Virus record (IMG/VR): IMGVR_UViG_3300045988_096647
DNA: 5,563 nt
Source: a virus
Reading direction: 5' to 3' (one strand)
Shown: positions 4,867 to 5,563 of the stretch, piece by piece
Numbering within the stretch: the first letter of the stretch is position 1
Layout of the letters: each line of letters opens with the position of its first letter
Translations under genes and position numbers: made by a program
Notes under the pieces: generated by a model
The model's input: the letters and a program-made list of their open reading frames with translations, nothing else
Told to the model about the DNA's origin: nothing
The model's database searches: none

Positions 4867-5563
4867 TTATTCATATTCATCCAAATCATTATGAAATCGT
4901 CGAACAAGTCTCATAAGTTTTCGGGCTTTTAAACGTTCTTGAACTTCCATAAATTCAGCTTCTTCTGAAGATATAAGCTCAGCACGACGAAATTTATCTT
5001 GACGAGATTTTTTAACACGCGCAAAAAGATCAGGATCGTCTTTTTCAAGAAGGGAATCGTAATAAACAGGAGGCTTACAAGTAACGCCATCGCGAACAAC
5101 AATAAAATCGTTCGGATATATCTGACTTCTATACTTCTCATACCAATCATGGCCAAGACCAGGCATTCGAGACATCAAAACAAATGGTTGTGTATCTTCA
5201 TCAATATTATCTCCTTTCTGCTTTTTCATGACATAACGAGCAACATACGCACAACTCTCAAACGTAACAAAGCCAACAAGAGAAAAACCATACGGCCAAA
5301 GCGATTCAAGAGACGGACTACGGTAATACTGATAACCACGTTTAACCGTGTGAATAAACAAATCAGGAAACTGAAAGCCAAACAAGACAGCATGATAATG
5401 CGGTCTATGTCGTTGATGGCCATACTCACCACAAGCAAAAAAACGAATACCAGAGCCAAATTTTTTACGAAGACGTTTCATGAATTTCTGAAACACTTCC
5501 TTGTGAACGCGACCATCAACAGGAATGTTTTCAGGATTGTATGTAAGAGTAATAAAGCTGCCA
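4867..5563 (-). CDS. Replication initiation protein (VP4 / A-like), C-terminal segment. The in-window ORF 4867..5496 is the 3' part of the gene; coding continues upstream through the window end. Positions 5445..5563 duplicate 1..119, so this is the same gene as feature 1..340.
   Basis: The HUH motif YGHQRHRPHYHAVLFG and the two-tyrosine catalytic motif YVARYVMKK (compare phiX174 A protein YVAKYVNKK) are present. It is contiguous in frame with the N-terminal segment across the circular junction. Stop codon at 4867..4869. Confidence 0.93.
   Translation of the reverse strand, partial: GSFITLTYNPENIPVDGRVHKEVFQKFMKRLRKKFGSGIRFFACGEYGHQRHRPHYHAVLFGFQFPDLFIHTVKRGYQYYRSPSLESLWPYGFSLVGFVTFESCAYVARYVMKKQKGDNIDEDTQPFVLMSRMPGLGHDWYEKYRSQIYPNDFIVVRDGVTCKPPVYYDSLLEKDDPDLFARVKKSRQDKFRRAELISSEEAEFMEVQERLKARKLMRLVRRFHNDLDEYE
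5445..5563. repeat. Terminal redundancy: an exact 119-bp copy of positions 1..119. It is an artefact of linearising the 5444-bp circular genome, not a biological repeat.
   Basis: Exact identity of 1..119 with 5445..5563 read from the sequence. The rep ORF is continuous across the junction. Confidence 0.95.

Noticed and set aside
1-5563. tRNA, rRNA, CRISPR array, integrase / attachment sites, transposase
   Set aside because: No cloverleaf-capable segments, no regularly spaced repeat-spacer array, and no ORF with recombinase motifs. The only long exact repeat is the 119-bp terminal redundancy, which is explained by circularity.

Overview
This window is the complete circular genome of a Gokushovirinae-like Microviridae ssDNA phage, shown as the reverse complement of the coding strand, so every credible gene is on the '-' strand. 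Positions 1..119 are repeated exactly at 5445..5563. The unit genome is therefore 5444 bp, and the replication-initiator gene is split across the window ends. Gene order on the coding strand (descending coordinates, cyclic) is: rep/VP4 (340->1, continuing 5444->4867); orf66 (4725->4525); VP5-like (4488->4210); internal scaffold VP3 (4226->3780); major capsid VP1 (3619->1979); pilot/minor capsid VP2 (1965->991); orf68 (915->709); an unlisted 37-aa highly basic J/VP8-like ORF (599->486); then back to rep. Most genes are preceded by canonical AAGGAG-type ribosome-binding sites. Non-coding features are: a near-consensus sigma70 promoter embedded in 11-bp-phased TTCTAT/ATAGAA repeats upstream of orf68; two ~55-bp imperfect direct repeats immediately upstream of rep, one of which contains a DnaA-box match; a perfect 8-bp-stem hairpin between VP3 and VP1 that shares a GTACGAC motif with the rep-proximal repeats; and G8/A8 homopolymer tracts downstream of rep. 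The most speculative item is a 121-codon hydrophobic ORF overprinted out of frame on orf66 and VP5, in an arrangement like phiX174 E-in-D. This virus group has no known lysis gene. Plus-strand ORFs and most embedded minus-strand ORFs are judged spurious. No database search was possible; family assignments rest on recognised motifs.
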